Origin: Octopus sinensis
Taxonomy: Eukaryota
Reading direction: 5' to 3'
Length of the DNA stretch: 64,000 nt
NCBI RefSeq assembly: GCF_006345805.1
Contig: NC_043002.1
Coordinates: 94,488,001-94,552,000, forward strand
The notes under the pieces are model-generated. The model had not been told where the DNA came from, searched no databases, and saw nothing but the letters and a program-made list of their open reading frames with translations. Position 1 is the stretch's first letter, and each line of letters starts with the position of its first letter. Below, piece after piece: positions 47,950 through 60,899 of the stretch. The translations under genes and the position numbers were made by a program.

Positions 47950-48296
47950 GGTATAAATTCCGAAAGTGTCACAAGAACAAAATCTTTTACTTTTGAAATA
48001 TTTGATAAAATGGATACGTTATACAATGGGCCACTGGCGGAATAAAGGCCACGACACAATATTTACCGCAAACATATCTTGGGAATACTTTCTCAAGAAA
48101 ACTTCAAACCGCTTAAATTATTGTTTAAATATTTAAATATTTAAAAAATGATCAAGAATTACAAATTTACCTAAAAGCATCCAAGACTAGACAGGGATGT
48201 TAAATTGAGTGGAGTGTCCTTCCTCTCATTCGAAACTGAAATCACCCAACAACCAGTTTTAACATAATAAAAATAATTTCTTAATTCATCAATGAC

Positions 48297-48661
48297 TTTT
48301 ACTTGTTTCAGTCTTTCGACTGCGGCCATGCTGGGGCACCGCACCGCCTTGAAGAACTTTTAATCGAATGAATCGACCCTAGAACTTATTTTTTAAAGCC
48401 CGGTACTTGTTCTATCGTTCCCTTTTTGCTGAACCGTTAAGTTACAGGGACGTGGTGGAGGTGGACAAACAAAGACACACGCAGATATACACATATATAA
48501 GGCGTGCGTCTTTCAGTTTCCGTCTACCACATCTACTCACAAGCTTTTGGTCGACCGGACGCAATATTAGTAGACACTTGCCCAAGGTGCCAGGTAGTGG
48601 GACTGAACCCGGAATCATGTGGTTGGGAACCTAACTTCTAACCACTCAGCCACACTTGCGC
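48297..48661 (-). mobile_element. SINE-B copy
   Basis: Same head, core and tail as 31255-31701. Confidence 0.9.
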
Positions 48662-48675
48662 ATATATATATATAT

Positions 48676-49033
<358 letters not shown>

Positions 49034-49305
49034 CCAACTTAATTTGATTATTTATTTCATCTGTCTTAATTATAAAACTGTCCTCTATAGCCGACACACA
49101 TCCCCTAATATTATGCATGTAACGTGGAGAGAAAACTCAGCCATAATATGAAAGAATGCTAACAGAATGTCTTTGTTAAGGCCTACGTAATCCGTAAGTA
49201 TGGGCAGACTAGACATGAGGAATTGGGACTTTGAAAAAGAATTTTGTACAATAGTAGAAATCAAGCAAGTGTTTTTGTTTTTCTTTATTTTTTTTTTTGT
49301 TTCAG

Positions 49306-49332
49306 ATTTGTCCTCTTAGTCAGAAGAGAAAG
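49306..49332 (+). other. candidate 27-nt frame-preserving exon
   Basis: Long U tract ...TTTGTTTCAG|ATTTGTCCTCTTAGTCAGAAGAGAAAG|GTAGCG; ICPLSQKRK in phase 0. Confidence 0.3.
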
Positions 49333-49489
49333 GTAGCGCTTATGAGCTTTTTACAGAGCCTCCGAAACTTATAAGAGGGATAGAAGTGGGAATGCATCCT
49401 CATAACGGTGATCTGACGCGAATGCCTGCAGTGAAGTGAACTCCGCTAAATGAACCAAAGGACAATGGGGATTATTTAATCGCTTATCT

Positions 49490-49827
49490 TTTGCTTGCTT
49501 CTGTCATTAGATTGCGGCCATGCTGGGGCACTGCCTTGAAGTACTTTTAGTCAAATGAATCGACCTCAGAGATAATTTTTTAAAGTTTGGTACTTATTCT
49601 ACCTTTCTTTTGTTGGTATGTTTACAGGGGCGTAAACATACCAACACCGGATGTGAGGGAGAAATACAAAGACACACAAACACACACACACACACACACA
49701 AATGAATATTTACACGACGAGCTTCTTTCCGTTTCCGTCTTTCAAATCCACTCACAAGTATTTAATTGCTCAAGGTTCCATGTAGTGGACTGAACCCCGA
49801 AAGATGTGTTTGGGAAGCAAGCTTCTT
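49490..49827 (-). mobile_element. SINE-B copy missing the first ~25 nt of its head
   Basis: Begins on the sense strand at AAGAAGCTTGCTTCCCAAACACATC, directly after the LINE tail. Confidence 0.85.
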
Positions 49828-50714
49828 TATTTCATTTTATGGCCATAAAGGCCTTTTACACAGAGGGGACAGCACATGGTGGGGACAAAAAACTAAACAA
49901 ATAAAATGAATGAAATTATACAATGAAAGATGAAATGAAGTCCCTCGGCCCTACATCCGAACGACTTTATTGAACCTGTTGCAGTACCATTTACATTACC
50001 CCTTGCAACTTGATACACCATTTGAACACAATTATTTACACAATAGTTAATCCACATCTTTTTCCAAAATGTCTATATTATATTTCTTTTAATATCCACG
50101 GACACTTTCTTCGGCATTGTGCTGGTGTCTATTTTTCAGATCACCCCTCACAGTCACAGTTTTATATATACCTATGCACTTTCTCCTGGTTCTCCAGGTC
50201 CATCAGCACACAATAATCGTTCTCGGGTAGACCCTTAATCCTGCTACATCCACCTTGACTATTCCGTCCCACAAACGTACTTCGTTATCCAGTTTCTCAA
50301 TCTGTCCATTGTACATAAATACGAATTTTTCATTACAGAGCAGGGATGGGTAGATTTGAGGCTACTGTGCGTTTGCAAAAGTTTTTTTGTCAGACTGGGC
50401 ATGGGAAGGGTTGGTGTCTGTAGGGAGTGGTTGGGGTATAGTGGGTGTGAGTGAATACCGGGTGGGTGTAGGTTGGGGGGAGTCATCTTTTATCATGTGC
50501 GTCTTTTTCCTCCTCTTTCTGCTCTTTTTCTCCACCATTTCTCAACTGGTGTTCGATTCTTCCTCCTCCTCAACACCGGTGCCTGTTTTCTTCTGTGGTT
50601 CCACCTCACGTATTTCTTCCTCCACAGGCAGTGTAACACCAACCACTTTTTCCTCATGTGTCTCTTTGTTCTTTTTTAGAGGTAGAGGACACTCCGCTGT
50701 AATGTGGCCTTTCG
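49828..50714 (-). mobile_element. Tx1-type element piece: ORF1 C-terminus joined to the 3' tail, no ORF2 seen
   Basis: KGHITAECP half-knuckle, E-rich then KKSRKRRKK tract; tail TGTCCCCTCTGTGTAAAAGGCCTTTATGGCCATAAAATGAAATA. Confidence 0.65.
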
Positions 50715-51184
50715 TGACATCCGTGCTAGTGAAGCGCTAAGAGTACCATACGACATACGAGTGAGATCGTTGCCAGAGCAGCAAGCTGGCCTCCGTGCCG
50801 ATGGCACGCTAAAAACACCATTCGAGCGTGATCGTTACATGTGTCGCCTTACTAGCACTTCAGCTGGTGGCACGTGAAAAACATTCGAGCGAGGTCGTTG
50901 CCAGTGCCGCTGGACTGGCTCCTTTGCAGGTGATACATAAAAAGCACCATTTGAGCTTGGCCGTTGCCAGTACCGCCTGACTGGCCCTCGTGCCGGTGGC
51001 ACGTAAAAGCACCCACTACTCTTTCGGAGTGGTTGGCGTTAGGAAGGGCATCCAGCAGTAGAAACTCTGCCAGATCAGATTGAAATCTGGTGCAGCCATC
51101 TGGTTCGCCATACCTCAGTCAAATCGTCCAACCCATGGTAGCATGGAAAGTGGACGTGAAACGATGATGATGACGATGACGATG
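50715..51184 (+). mobile_element. V-domain-type SINE 3' portion with four ~65-bp internal repeats and (GAT)n tail
   Basis: GGTTGGCGTTAGGAAGGGCATCCAGC resembles the V-SINE domain (from memory); ends GGACGTGAAACGATGATGATG. Confidence 0.75.
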
Positions 51185-51581
51185 AGATATATATATATAT
51201 GCACGTTAGTTTACAGTATACATAGCTAATGACCTCAACCTAAATTCACAGAGACATTCCTCTAGCCAGCTTCAGTACCAAAAATGTTTCGACTCTACTT
51301 TTCCCCCTCTACTTTTTTTATATTCATATTCTTATTCTTTTTCTTAACAACCTTAGACATCTTCCCACCACCATACATATTATTTCTTCACACGTATGCT
51401 TTCCTTTATGTTCTCTTACTCTATGGTTTCTAAGCATTTTCGGTCAAATCTCCTGCGAGTTAACATGGGATCCCTTGACGACAATGTAACCTTCATTTCA
51501 CTAAAGTGTCTTTGACCTGATGAGTAGCTTGTGGTAGATTAGTAGTACTCGCTCAATAATTACTACTTATAAGGTTCTGCT

Positions 51582-52021
51582 GTGGAAGCGTGTGGCTTAG
51601 TGGCTAGGTTGTTGAACTCATGATCGTAGGGTTGTGGTTTCGATTCCTGGACAGGGCGATGCGTTATGTTCTTGAGCAAAACACTTCATTTCACGTTGCT
51701 CCAGTCCACTCAGCTGGCAAAAATGAGTAATCCTGCGACGGACCGGCGTCCGTCCAGGTCAGGAATTTCTACGTCACTGAAACCGAGAAACCGGCCCTTA
51801 TGAGCCTGGCATGGCTCGAGAAGGAACATTAGTGGAGGCGCGTGGTTAGGGTGTCAGCATTATGATCATTTCACGTTGCTCCAGTCCACTCAGCTGGCAA
51901 AAATGAGTAACGCTGCAATTGACTGGCGTCCCATCCAACTTGGGAACATATACGCCATAGAAACCGGGAAACCGGGTCCATGAGCCTGGCTAGGCTTTAA
52001 AAGGGCGCATTTATTTTTTTT
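51582..52021 (+). mobile_element. two tandem SINE-C copies (51582-51826; 51832-52021, internally deleted)
   Basis: Both carry ATTTCACGTTGCTCCAGTCCACTCAGCTGGCAAAAATGAGTAA. Confidence 0.9.
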
Positions 52022-53039
52022 AAGGATCTGCAAGCTAAGAAACATATGTAACCTTGATTTTTACCTATTCCATTCCCTAAATTTAGATTTTTATTCGCAT
52101 ACTCAGCAATCTCAGTTGCTAACCGTGAATTATAAAATAACTTTTTTTCAGCTTTTCGAAATTCGATATGAGAAAAATTTACAACCTTCTGCGTCAATAA
52201 ACCACTATTATACCTGAAAGTTGTTTTTTTATCCATTCTACACACACATACATATATGCGAACGGAGGGCGTAACTCGAAGCCATTTTCAATTCTTTGTG
52301 GTATCTTATTTTCTTATTCTTCTAAGTTCTCACCTCGTTATAGCTCGCATTTTGATTTTCTCGTAGAAATCTTTCTTATTATTATCCCCACCATCGCCGC
52401 CACCGCCGCCACCGCCATCATTATCCTCAACATCATCGTCACCGTCATCGATCTGAGCAACATTATAATTATTCTAAAGAGATTTTGCAAAGGCTCAAGA
52501 ATAACGTTCAAAGTTCCTATATATATTTTTTTTCCTGCTCTTCATTCTGTCTGGCAAATACGTTTGGTTTTTGACTTATGTTCAACCGAAGGTAGAATGT
52601 CACTGATAAATATCAAGAACACAGAAACGGGATGGCTTATTAGATTTAATTAATATTAAATTTAATTAGGATTTGCCGTAAGCTAGAAGCAATAAAACCG
52701 TATTTGATAATTAAGTTTCTTTGTCTATTAATTTTAATTGTTCATTAACGTGAGAAATGCGTGTTAACCATAAATGTATTTTTCCTAATTATATTAATAC
52801 TAGTTATCTTTTTGTACGATTATAATGCACACCCCCCACCCCAATAAAAAGACATATATAAGGTGTTCCAGTTACAGGTTTACCGGGGAGAGTTTTATTT
52901 TATTAAACGGATACCAGTTCGTTTTTAGGTTAAACGGTAAGTCGCCCTCGAGTAATTTGATATGAGTTAATAGAAAAATTAAACTAAACTCTAAAAGACA
53001 TTAAAATTTTCTACCAGTTCATCTCCTGCAGATTCTTTA

Positions 53040-53380
53040 ATAATTTCTTAAATTAATTTCAAATTTGGGCACAAGGCCAGCAATTTCGGGGGAGGATCTC
53101 AGTACTCAACCGGTACTTATTTTATCGACCCCAAAAAGATGAAGGGCAAAGCTGATCTCGGAGGAATCTGAATTCAGATCATGAAGACTGGCGAGATGCT
53201 GCTAAGCAATTCGATGGACAAGTTAGCGATTTTGTCAGCTCGCTGGCTTTAATAATTTCTTACATTGAAACAAGTTCTCAAATTAGGAGAATGCAACTGT
53301 CGATAACATGGAGCTCAGTTCTTAACCGACGTCGACTTATTATTATGCTCGCGAGGATGAAAGGCTCATTTGACCAGAAT
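53040..53380 (-). mobile_element. SINE-A short-tail copy and remnant
   Basis: Family motifs. Confidence 0.75.
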
Positions 53381-53388
53381 GGGTTTTG

Positions 53389-53803
53389 AGATCTTTTCGG
53401 TTTGAACGGCAGGTTTTAACATAATTTCTAGGTAACTAAAAAATTTTAAACTTCGTATACTGGTAGAATGTGTTTATAAAACTTCTTTTTCTCTTGGCTT
53501 TATTGAGAAAATTCTATAGTTTGTAAGATATTTGTTGTTTTTTTTCTTCAATTTCTGCAATTTCAACCAATCAGTGACGTCCATTGAGTTAAAAAGCATT
53601 CTGTGCCGTATGAATATGTCCCTCGTTTAAGAAACAGATTGGGTTTATTTAAATTTGTGAAGAAAAAAAGATACCCTTCCCCCACCCATAACCCTAAACC
53701 TAAAAGAGATTGAAATGCAATAGATCGATACTAGGGTTATAATTATGGGTGACAATTTCATATGACACCGCTAGAAAAACTGCCGTTCAAACCGAAAAGA
53801 TCC
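53389..53803 (-). mobile_element. MITE, Merlin-like, copy 5
   Basis: TSD GGGTTTTG (53381-88, 53804-11); terminal G>A in the left TIR. Confidence 0.92.
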
Positions 53804-53899
53804 GGGTTTTGATTTCAGAACGGAAAACGTTAAATACCAAGCGAGTTTTTAACGACGTTACACCACTGTTCTTAAATAAAAATAGTAATTGTTTAACCC

Positions 53900-54290
53900 C
53901 AAGTTTGCGAGATGGCAGAATCGTTAGCACGCCGGGCATAACGCTTAGTGGCATTTCGTCTGTCTTTAAGTTCCGAGTTCAAATACCACTGAGGTCCTTT
54001 TGGGGACGAATAAATACTATATGAATACTGGATCGATGTAATTAACTTATCTCCTTCCTCAAATTTTCAGGCCTCATGCTTATAGTAGAACGGATTTTGT
54101 CTTTAATCACAAAGAGGCAAATGGGCAAAACAAACATGTCAGGCAAAATACTTAGCGACATTTCGTCCGTCTTTACGTTCTGGGTTTAAATTCCACCTAG
54201 GTCGACTTTGCCTTTCAACCTTTCGGGGTCAATACTTCCCCTCTTCTCAAAAACTGGTAGTCTTGTGCCAAAATTTGAAACCATTATTAA
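53900..54290 (+). mobile_element. two SINE-A short-tail copies
   Basis: Family motifs. Confidence 0.82.
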
Positions 54291-54329
54291 CTTTAACTTC
54301 AAGTCACAACACCATATTATAGGAGCGGT

Positions 54330-54950
54330 GTTATAATGGATTAGATCCTTCTAGTATTTCCCCCATCTCTCTACTATTGCTGCTAAAGCAGTCTCGAATC
54401 GAACAGCTAGACTTGATCTGTCCAAATCTAGCTGTTCGATTTCTTATTTGTGTTTGTAAACCACAACCAGCGTTCTTCCCTTCCAACATCCTCGGTTTGT
54501 TCCAAAAATTGGCCATGTAATTCTTTCTCTTTCCAAATACTTATTCTGTCATACTTACTTCTGTTCTTGAATTCGCCTCATGTTTTAGTAACTTTTTGCA
54601 TATTTCTAGTCTCCGTACTATTCATTCTTCACTGCGAGGCAACATAGTTTTCAACCCCAATATCGCAGAGTTAACGATGTCTTCTGCAATACTCTGGCTC
54701 CCCACTTTCTTGTTAAGTAGAACCCGTCGATAATACCTTTTGTGTGGTGCACATTGTGCATTGTGAGCAGCTTCCTGGTCCTCCTATCTAAGTCCGGTAG
54801 CTCGGTCTTTGTCCATTTTAGAAGAAGAACAGAGTGTCTAGATGTTGACATACGCTTTGATAATATTCTCTTCATTTCATTTTGTTTCGAGTATTTTATT
54901 ACTTTTATTGCATTGACTGTTAGATGTGTTTGGGTTTTGCTCATTCGATA
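54330..54950 (-). pseudogene. R4/Dong-like non-LTR retrotransposon fragment
   Basis: WTKTELPDLDRRTRKLLTMH...FYLTRKWGAR and KELHGQF...WLW motifs. Confidence 0.75.
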
Positions 54951-55429
54951 CAGTGTTTTTTACAAAGTAAATTATGTGGAAAACTTTTTTAATGAGGAAC
55001 TTTTACATGGAGTGGTATGATTTGAATTATTTTTAAGATAGTTCGACGTTTGGAGAAAAAAATTTCAGTTTGCAAAGTGAAGTTACTTCTCCATTTGCAA
55101 ACTAACAAAATAACTACTTCATGTTTTCAAATGCAAAATGAAAAACACGTTTTTATGGACATTAAAAGCAAAGAGAAGAAAACGAATTGGATTTCTAAAG
55201 AGAATACATATACTTCAAAACCTTTCAAAAGTAACGATTTTAAGAATAAATAAATGCACTATATTGAACAATTAAACAGCATGGTTGGTGTTAACAACAA
55301 GAGGGGTAACGCCAGAGATGTACCCTTTCTTCAAGAAAAAGGATTAGTGGAAAGCTTTAATTTAAATGGAAAGCTGTTTCAACCTCCCTTTATTTGCTCA
55401 CACAATATCCAAAACACGAGCTTTAGATA

Positions 55430-55640
55430 CCGATTATCTGGTAGAGAAAATGATAATGATAATAAAAATAATAATAGCATGTCCCGGTGACAACAGGATC
55501 AAAGAGAAAGAAGAAAAGCTGAACTACGATTATATGAAATGGGAATTACGAAGTTTGTGGCCAATAAGGAGGGAATACGTGATACCAGTAGTAATTGGTA
55601 CACTTGGAAATATTAGCACTCAAATAACAACATGGCTCAA
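55430..55640 (+). pseudogene. R4/Dong-like RLE endonuclease C-terminal fragment, inverted relative to its neighbour
   Basis: IIIACPGDNRIKEKEEK..Y..MKWELRSLW...VIPVVIGTLG. Confidence 0.75.
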
Positions 55641-56155
55641 AAAGATTATCCAATTAGTCCTTAATGTTTGATCTTGGGAAGCTACAAACAAACTTTCTGT
55701 CTCTCTTTTCAGCTTTCCTTTCTGAAACCATAACCATGTCTCACTACTACTATTTGCTGCATCTATCTTAGGGAATCTACCAAGCAACACCTCTGCCAGT
55801 CAGATAATTTCTGTTCTTTTTCCTGGTTCTTAACTTCGTTTGGGTTTTTGGTTTCCTTATGTCTTGCTGTGACCATAGCAGCTTTTAAGAAACTTTCTTT
55901 CCTCCTAAGTAGGTAATCCTACTTAGGAGTCTATATCTACTCTAGCTAACTCTACGCAGTATTCTACTGATATTAACCCTCTTCCGCCTTCCTTTCTAGT
56001 TAGGTGTAATCTTGTTACTTCTGCCCTTGGGTTGAGAACTCCGTTCATATTGAATTCCTTCCTAGTTCTTCTGCCTAGCTTTGATAATTCAGTTTTTGTC
56101 CAATCTACAAAAGCTGCTGAGTATCTAAGTAATGATACTGCCCAAGTATTTACAG
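55641..56155 (-). pseudogene. R4/Dong-like fragment (post-RT region)
   Basis: AVNTWAVSLLRYSA..DWTKTEL...NPRAEVTRLHLTRKEGGRGL...WLWFQKGKLKRETESLFVASQDQTLRTNW. Confidence 0.82.
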
Positions 56156-58696
56156 CATAGCTTCCCAAAGTGGACGATATCACCGACCGGTGATATCGAC
56201 CACTTCAACTTACAGGTGGTCGATGGGCAAATAGTGGGCAATTCGAGACTTTGGTGGGCGATATGAGCAATTAGTGGGTGACAATGATTTTTTAGAAATT
56301 AAGTTTGCCTTTACTGATATCTCGGCATGCCTAGAATAAGGATGCACCTTTATCGATTTGACTGCTCGCTTAAAAAAGCGGACTTGTTTATCGATCGAAT
56401 ATTTTTGTTGCAATCATTGAAATGGTTGTCAGGCGTGCTAAAAATAGCAGCCAAATAGGCATAGGCCTTAAATCACACTCCACTACATTTTTTGCATAAT
56501 CGTATGAAGTCCCGTGTATAGAATTCAAATTCTCCAACATTTTCAGAAAACTACGGAAAATAAAAAAGTTATGAGGGGTTGTATGTCGTGCGTAATTCTG
56601 TGGTTTCATATCAAAACACAAGTGCTATTTTCAAGATGTTGACAAAATGTGCAGTTACGCACAAAATGACAGCTTTGAAATCGTGTTTCTTGACTGGGTG
56701 AAAATGATCAAACTTTAAATCTCTATAACTTTTTTAAAAACAAGTTGAATAACTCCAGCAATTTAGCTTGGAAAGATACATTAATGTGCCAAATTCTAAA
56801 ATTTTTGATAAACTTTAATTTTTGAAATGCTGGCAGCCAAACGAACTAGATCCGTATTTGCTCCAGTAAAGACGTGTCATCTGACTCTGCTCTATTGAAT
56901 ATCATACTGCCTTTCTGATACTGTCTATAGAAATTCATCTTCACATTTTCACTGTACAGAAAATTTGTCGACAGTAATAATTATTTATCGTTTGGATTTA
57001 TTCTCTCTCCTCAGAACTGTCAGTTACCAATGTGCCTTCTTTGCCATCAAACATTGACCAACGAAACAATGAAACCTTCACGCTTGAAGTATCACTTTGA
57101 GGCAAAGCATTCTGACAAGAAGGATAAGCCGTTATCATACTTTTTGCAACTGAGCTCCTCTTTCAAAAAGCAAATACAAACATTCAACACGCGACTCCAG
57201 GAAACTAGTAAACAGGAGAATGACGGGTTGATTGCATCGTACAACATTGTATTGCTTGTTACTAAGTCTGGGAAGTTTCACACAATTGGAGAAACGTTAT
57301 TTCGCCCAGTTATCGAAGAGGTTTTGTCAACCGTTATGCACGAAAAACGCGATAACATTATGAAGAAGATCCCACTTAGTATTAACAGAATTTCTCGACG
57401 CATCGATGAAATGGCCAACGATGTCAAACATCAGCTCATTAATATTCTCCAGTGTTCTGAATTTTCTATACAATTGAATGAATCAGCCGTTGTCGACGAT
57501 CAATGTTTGGTGATGGTATATATTCGGTATTTCAGCGAAGCCCTTCAACCTTGTGAGGAAATGCTGTTCGCAGAGAAATTGCTGCTTGATTCAAAAGGTG
57601 CAACTATTTTTCACACTCTCAAGTCTTTCCTTTTTTTAACATAATATTCCATTCAGTAATATTCTTGCCTGTGCATCTGATGGAGCCCCTTCGCTGATAG
57701 GAAGGTACAGACGTTTTTCATCTTTCCTAAATCGTGAAATTCCTCACCAGATACTAACTGCTTGGCACACTGGCAGTATTTAGTGGCAAAAATATGAACA
57801 GTAGATTGAATGATGCGCTACAGTTTGTTATCAAGACTGTGAATAAGTTGAACTCCAGTCCCTTGTCTGATCGAATTTTCAGTCAACTCTGTCTGAGAAA
57901 TGATGAGGACCATACTAAACTCTTATACCATACAGAAGTGCGGTGGTTGTCAAAAGGAAACTGTGTTTTACGCTTTGTTGAACTATTTTATATATCTTTT
58001 TCTTTGAAAATACTCCACTATCCAATTCATTGATGGCTGCAAGGTACGATATCTTTTTTCTATGTGATATATTCACAAAATTAAATTATTTGAATAAGTT
58101 ATTGCACGGAAACAGAAAAGCTCTCGTTGATTGTAAATTATTTATCACTACCTTCATTTCGAAATTGGTGTTGTTTAAGACTAACATTTCAAAACGTAAA
58201 TTCCATCAATTTCCATAACTTGATTCTTTGAAAGATGAATTGATTGATGAGGATTTAACTACATATTGCAACTATTTACAATCCTTGCACGATAGCATGG
58301 TGGAGCGATTTCAAGATGTTATTGTACTGAATATTCCAAATTGGTATAGCAATCCGTTTGAGGACGATGCAATCGATTGTGAGGATGATGTCCAGGAGGA
58401 ATTCATAGAATTACAAAATGACAATGACGCCACAATGCGATATCGCCGTAATGGAAAAGAAGGTTTGTGGTAACATCAGAGTATATTGAATTCCTACCCC
58501 AATTTGTGGAAACATCTGAAATTTCTTTTGCTTGCCTTCCCTACCTCATACCTGGTTGAATCTGGCTTTAACCATACTGGAACTTTATTTTCCTATAAAA
58601 GAATTGGATTGAATGTGATAACAGCGAGGAAACTCGCAGCTAAAGTTGACAAGTTTAAAACCGGATGTAACTGCACTAGCTGCATCGCACTGAGGC
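56156..58696 (+). pseudogene. decayed hAT (Buster/Charlie-type) transposon with transposase remnant at about 56985-58696
   Basis: 5' end CATAGCTTCCCAAAGTGG; peptides CLLCHQTLTNETMKPSRLKYHFEAKH, FSIQLNES, ACASDGAP, LLYHTEVRWLSKG, FPTSYLVESGF; several stops and frameshifts; right TIR absent. Confidence 0.92.
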
Positions 58697-59680
58697 TGCG
58701 GATCTCCAGATATTCTGTCTAAACAATGACCAGTGTCAAACGGGCCTTTCCACAGCTCGTCTCCCTCACTGAGCTACAGTCCTCGATCAAGAAGGGACCG
58801 AGACAGGGTGATTGGCATCTGGAATGTTGCCAGGCACTCACTGCCCTTTACCAGATGTGCAATTCGATCAGTGGAACATCTACTCTCGAGTTCTATAGAG
58901 GGTTAGGGGAGCAACGACGCACTCGGAGAGTCGCTAGGCGTCGAGCCGGGGACGATGGATAACTTCTAGAAATCCCTAGCTTGGCAATGCTACCGGTGGG
59001 GGGGGGGCACTGCTGGTATGACATAAACTCTACAGGGATGGAAGTACTGTCAGACGGACCTGCCCGAGATGCGCGCAGTGCGACAAAACCGTTCTGCACC
59101 CACTCGTCCAGTGTTCTTGCATTACTGACTTGTGGTGTTATGTTGAACAGCTGTTATCACGTGTAGGACGGATCCGGCCATCATCCGAGTCTATAGTGAA
59201 AATCGATCCACCGCCTTCCATTGGTCCGGAAGGGCAGGCAATTTTCCTCTGTCTGACAGCAGTAGCAAAAAAGGATGTATGGTGGACCAGGCTGAAAGGA
59301 CTGAAGGCAGATACTTTTCTCTTCGGCGAATCCCTCATCAACTTTTTCAAATTTCACTTGGAAAGGAAGATGCGGGTAGAGAGAGAAGTGCTGCCCCCAG
59401 TACATTTGCTAAAACGTGAGTGAATGGAGCGAAAATGGTCCGTGTGAGTGGATCTAGGCTAGCGAATTTGAGAAGGAGAAGGGTGCCCTCAAAGTGTTGA
59501 ATGGTTCGGGATTGGTGGAGTACCTGAGTCAACCCCAATTAGGGAACTTTTATTGTTATGTTGTTCTTGTTTGATATTATTGTTATAATTGCGTAGTCGG
59601 TGTTTTGTGTAAAAACCCCCACTGTCCACGTCAACTGTATTGTCCCCTATATGTGGGCCCAGGTGACTAATAAATGAAAT
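58697..59680 (+). mobile_element. Tx1-clade LINE 3' fragment (ORF2 C-terminal zinc finger, 3' UTR)
   Basis: MDNF*KSLAWQCYR..GALLV*HKLYRDG..TCPRCAQCDKTVLHPLVQC...AVAKKDVWWTR; ends TGTCCCCTATATGT...AATAAATGAAAT. Confidence 0.85.
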
Positions 59681-59695
59681 TATTATTATTATTAT

Positions 59696-59741
<46 letters not shown>

Positions 59742-59784
59742 GGTGGTGGTGGTGGTGGTGGTGGTGGTAGTAGTAGTAGTAGTT

Positions 59785-59832
<48 letters not shown>

Positions 59833-59860
59833 TAGCAGCAGCGGCAGCAGTAGTAGTAGT
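59681..59860. repeat. (ATT)(AGT)(GGT)(AGT)n compound tract
   Basis: Direct reading. Confidence 0.95.
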
Positions 59861-60899
59861 GTTTCCGTTGTGTAGCCGCTATTCTTATTGATATTCATAT
59901 TCTTACTGCTCTGTTTCATTTACATTGTTCGCATTGCCATCATTATTGTTTATTTCTATAAAGATGTTCCTTTTGTATTTCTTTAGTAATATGTCACTGA
60001 AGCAAATGGAGCAAATGTTTTGTTTGATAAAATAAATATTTGATGGAAACTTAGCATTCATAGTTTGCGCTTACACATTCCTCACATTCAAAAGGAATAA
60101 CCTAAAATGCATCCAACTGGAAATTCTAGTTTAGAAAATTGTACCAAGGCAATTTTGTGGAGAGGGAAAATATTATTTAAAAAAACATTATGTCAGATAA
60201 AAAAAAAAGGGAGGAGGTATAAGAATTTTAAATTTGCAAGCAAGTTTGCAAGTAATTAGGAATTGATGAACAACACACGTAAGTGAAAAAGAAAAAGATC
60301 AGAAATTAATTATATAGCAGTAGAAGATTCACAATTTAAACAGAGCTTAACGCCCGATGTATATTTTAGTTGTCCTAGTGATAAGTATAATTATAATATT
60401 CTGAATAGTAAGCTAAATGACGAATTAGGATGACTAAGAAAAAATCGATCAAAATAAAGACTTCATTTGTAATTAATTAAGTTATGTAGCTTGTCTCAAG
60501 TCTACACACTGCTCGTCCCACTTTTCGTGACGTTCAAGCGACGGAATGTATAAGACTTTCTTGCTGAGTTCATCTCAAAATTAACTATCCAGTTACCGCT
60601 GGTAATAATTTTCATTAAAGTAGATTGAAGCATTGCGAGGTGAATTCCTTTATCAAGAATACAATGTATTGTTCAGTCCAACAATGGAACCAAACCCACG
60701 ACATAACGAGTGTGAAATGAATACCCCAACCACAACGCTGCACAGTTTCACGCACTTTATAATACACGAGCAAAATGCCCCCCGTCCAATGGACGGTGCT
60801 GAGTTGTCAAACATTTAAAACAAATTTTCTGAAAACAACTTGTCCGACCGTCCCATAGGTCTCCCCTTTGAGAAACACTGATTTAACCTAAATTTGAGA

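Noticed and set aside
56430-56850. Possible separate Helitron-like insertion in the hAT 5' region ending CAGCCAAACGAACTAG
   Set aside because: CTAG is followed by A rather than T and no clear 5' end was found.
57030-57644. 204-aa ORF as a host ZBED5/ZBED8/SCAND3 gene
   Set aside because: It is one fragment of a multiply disrupted transposase downstream of a hAT terminus.
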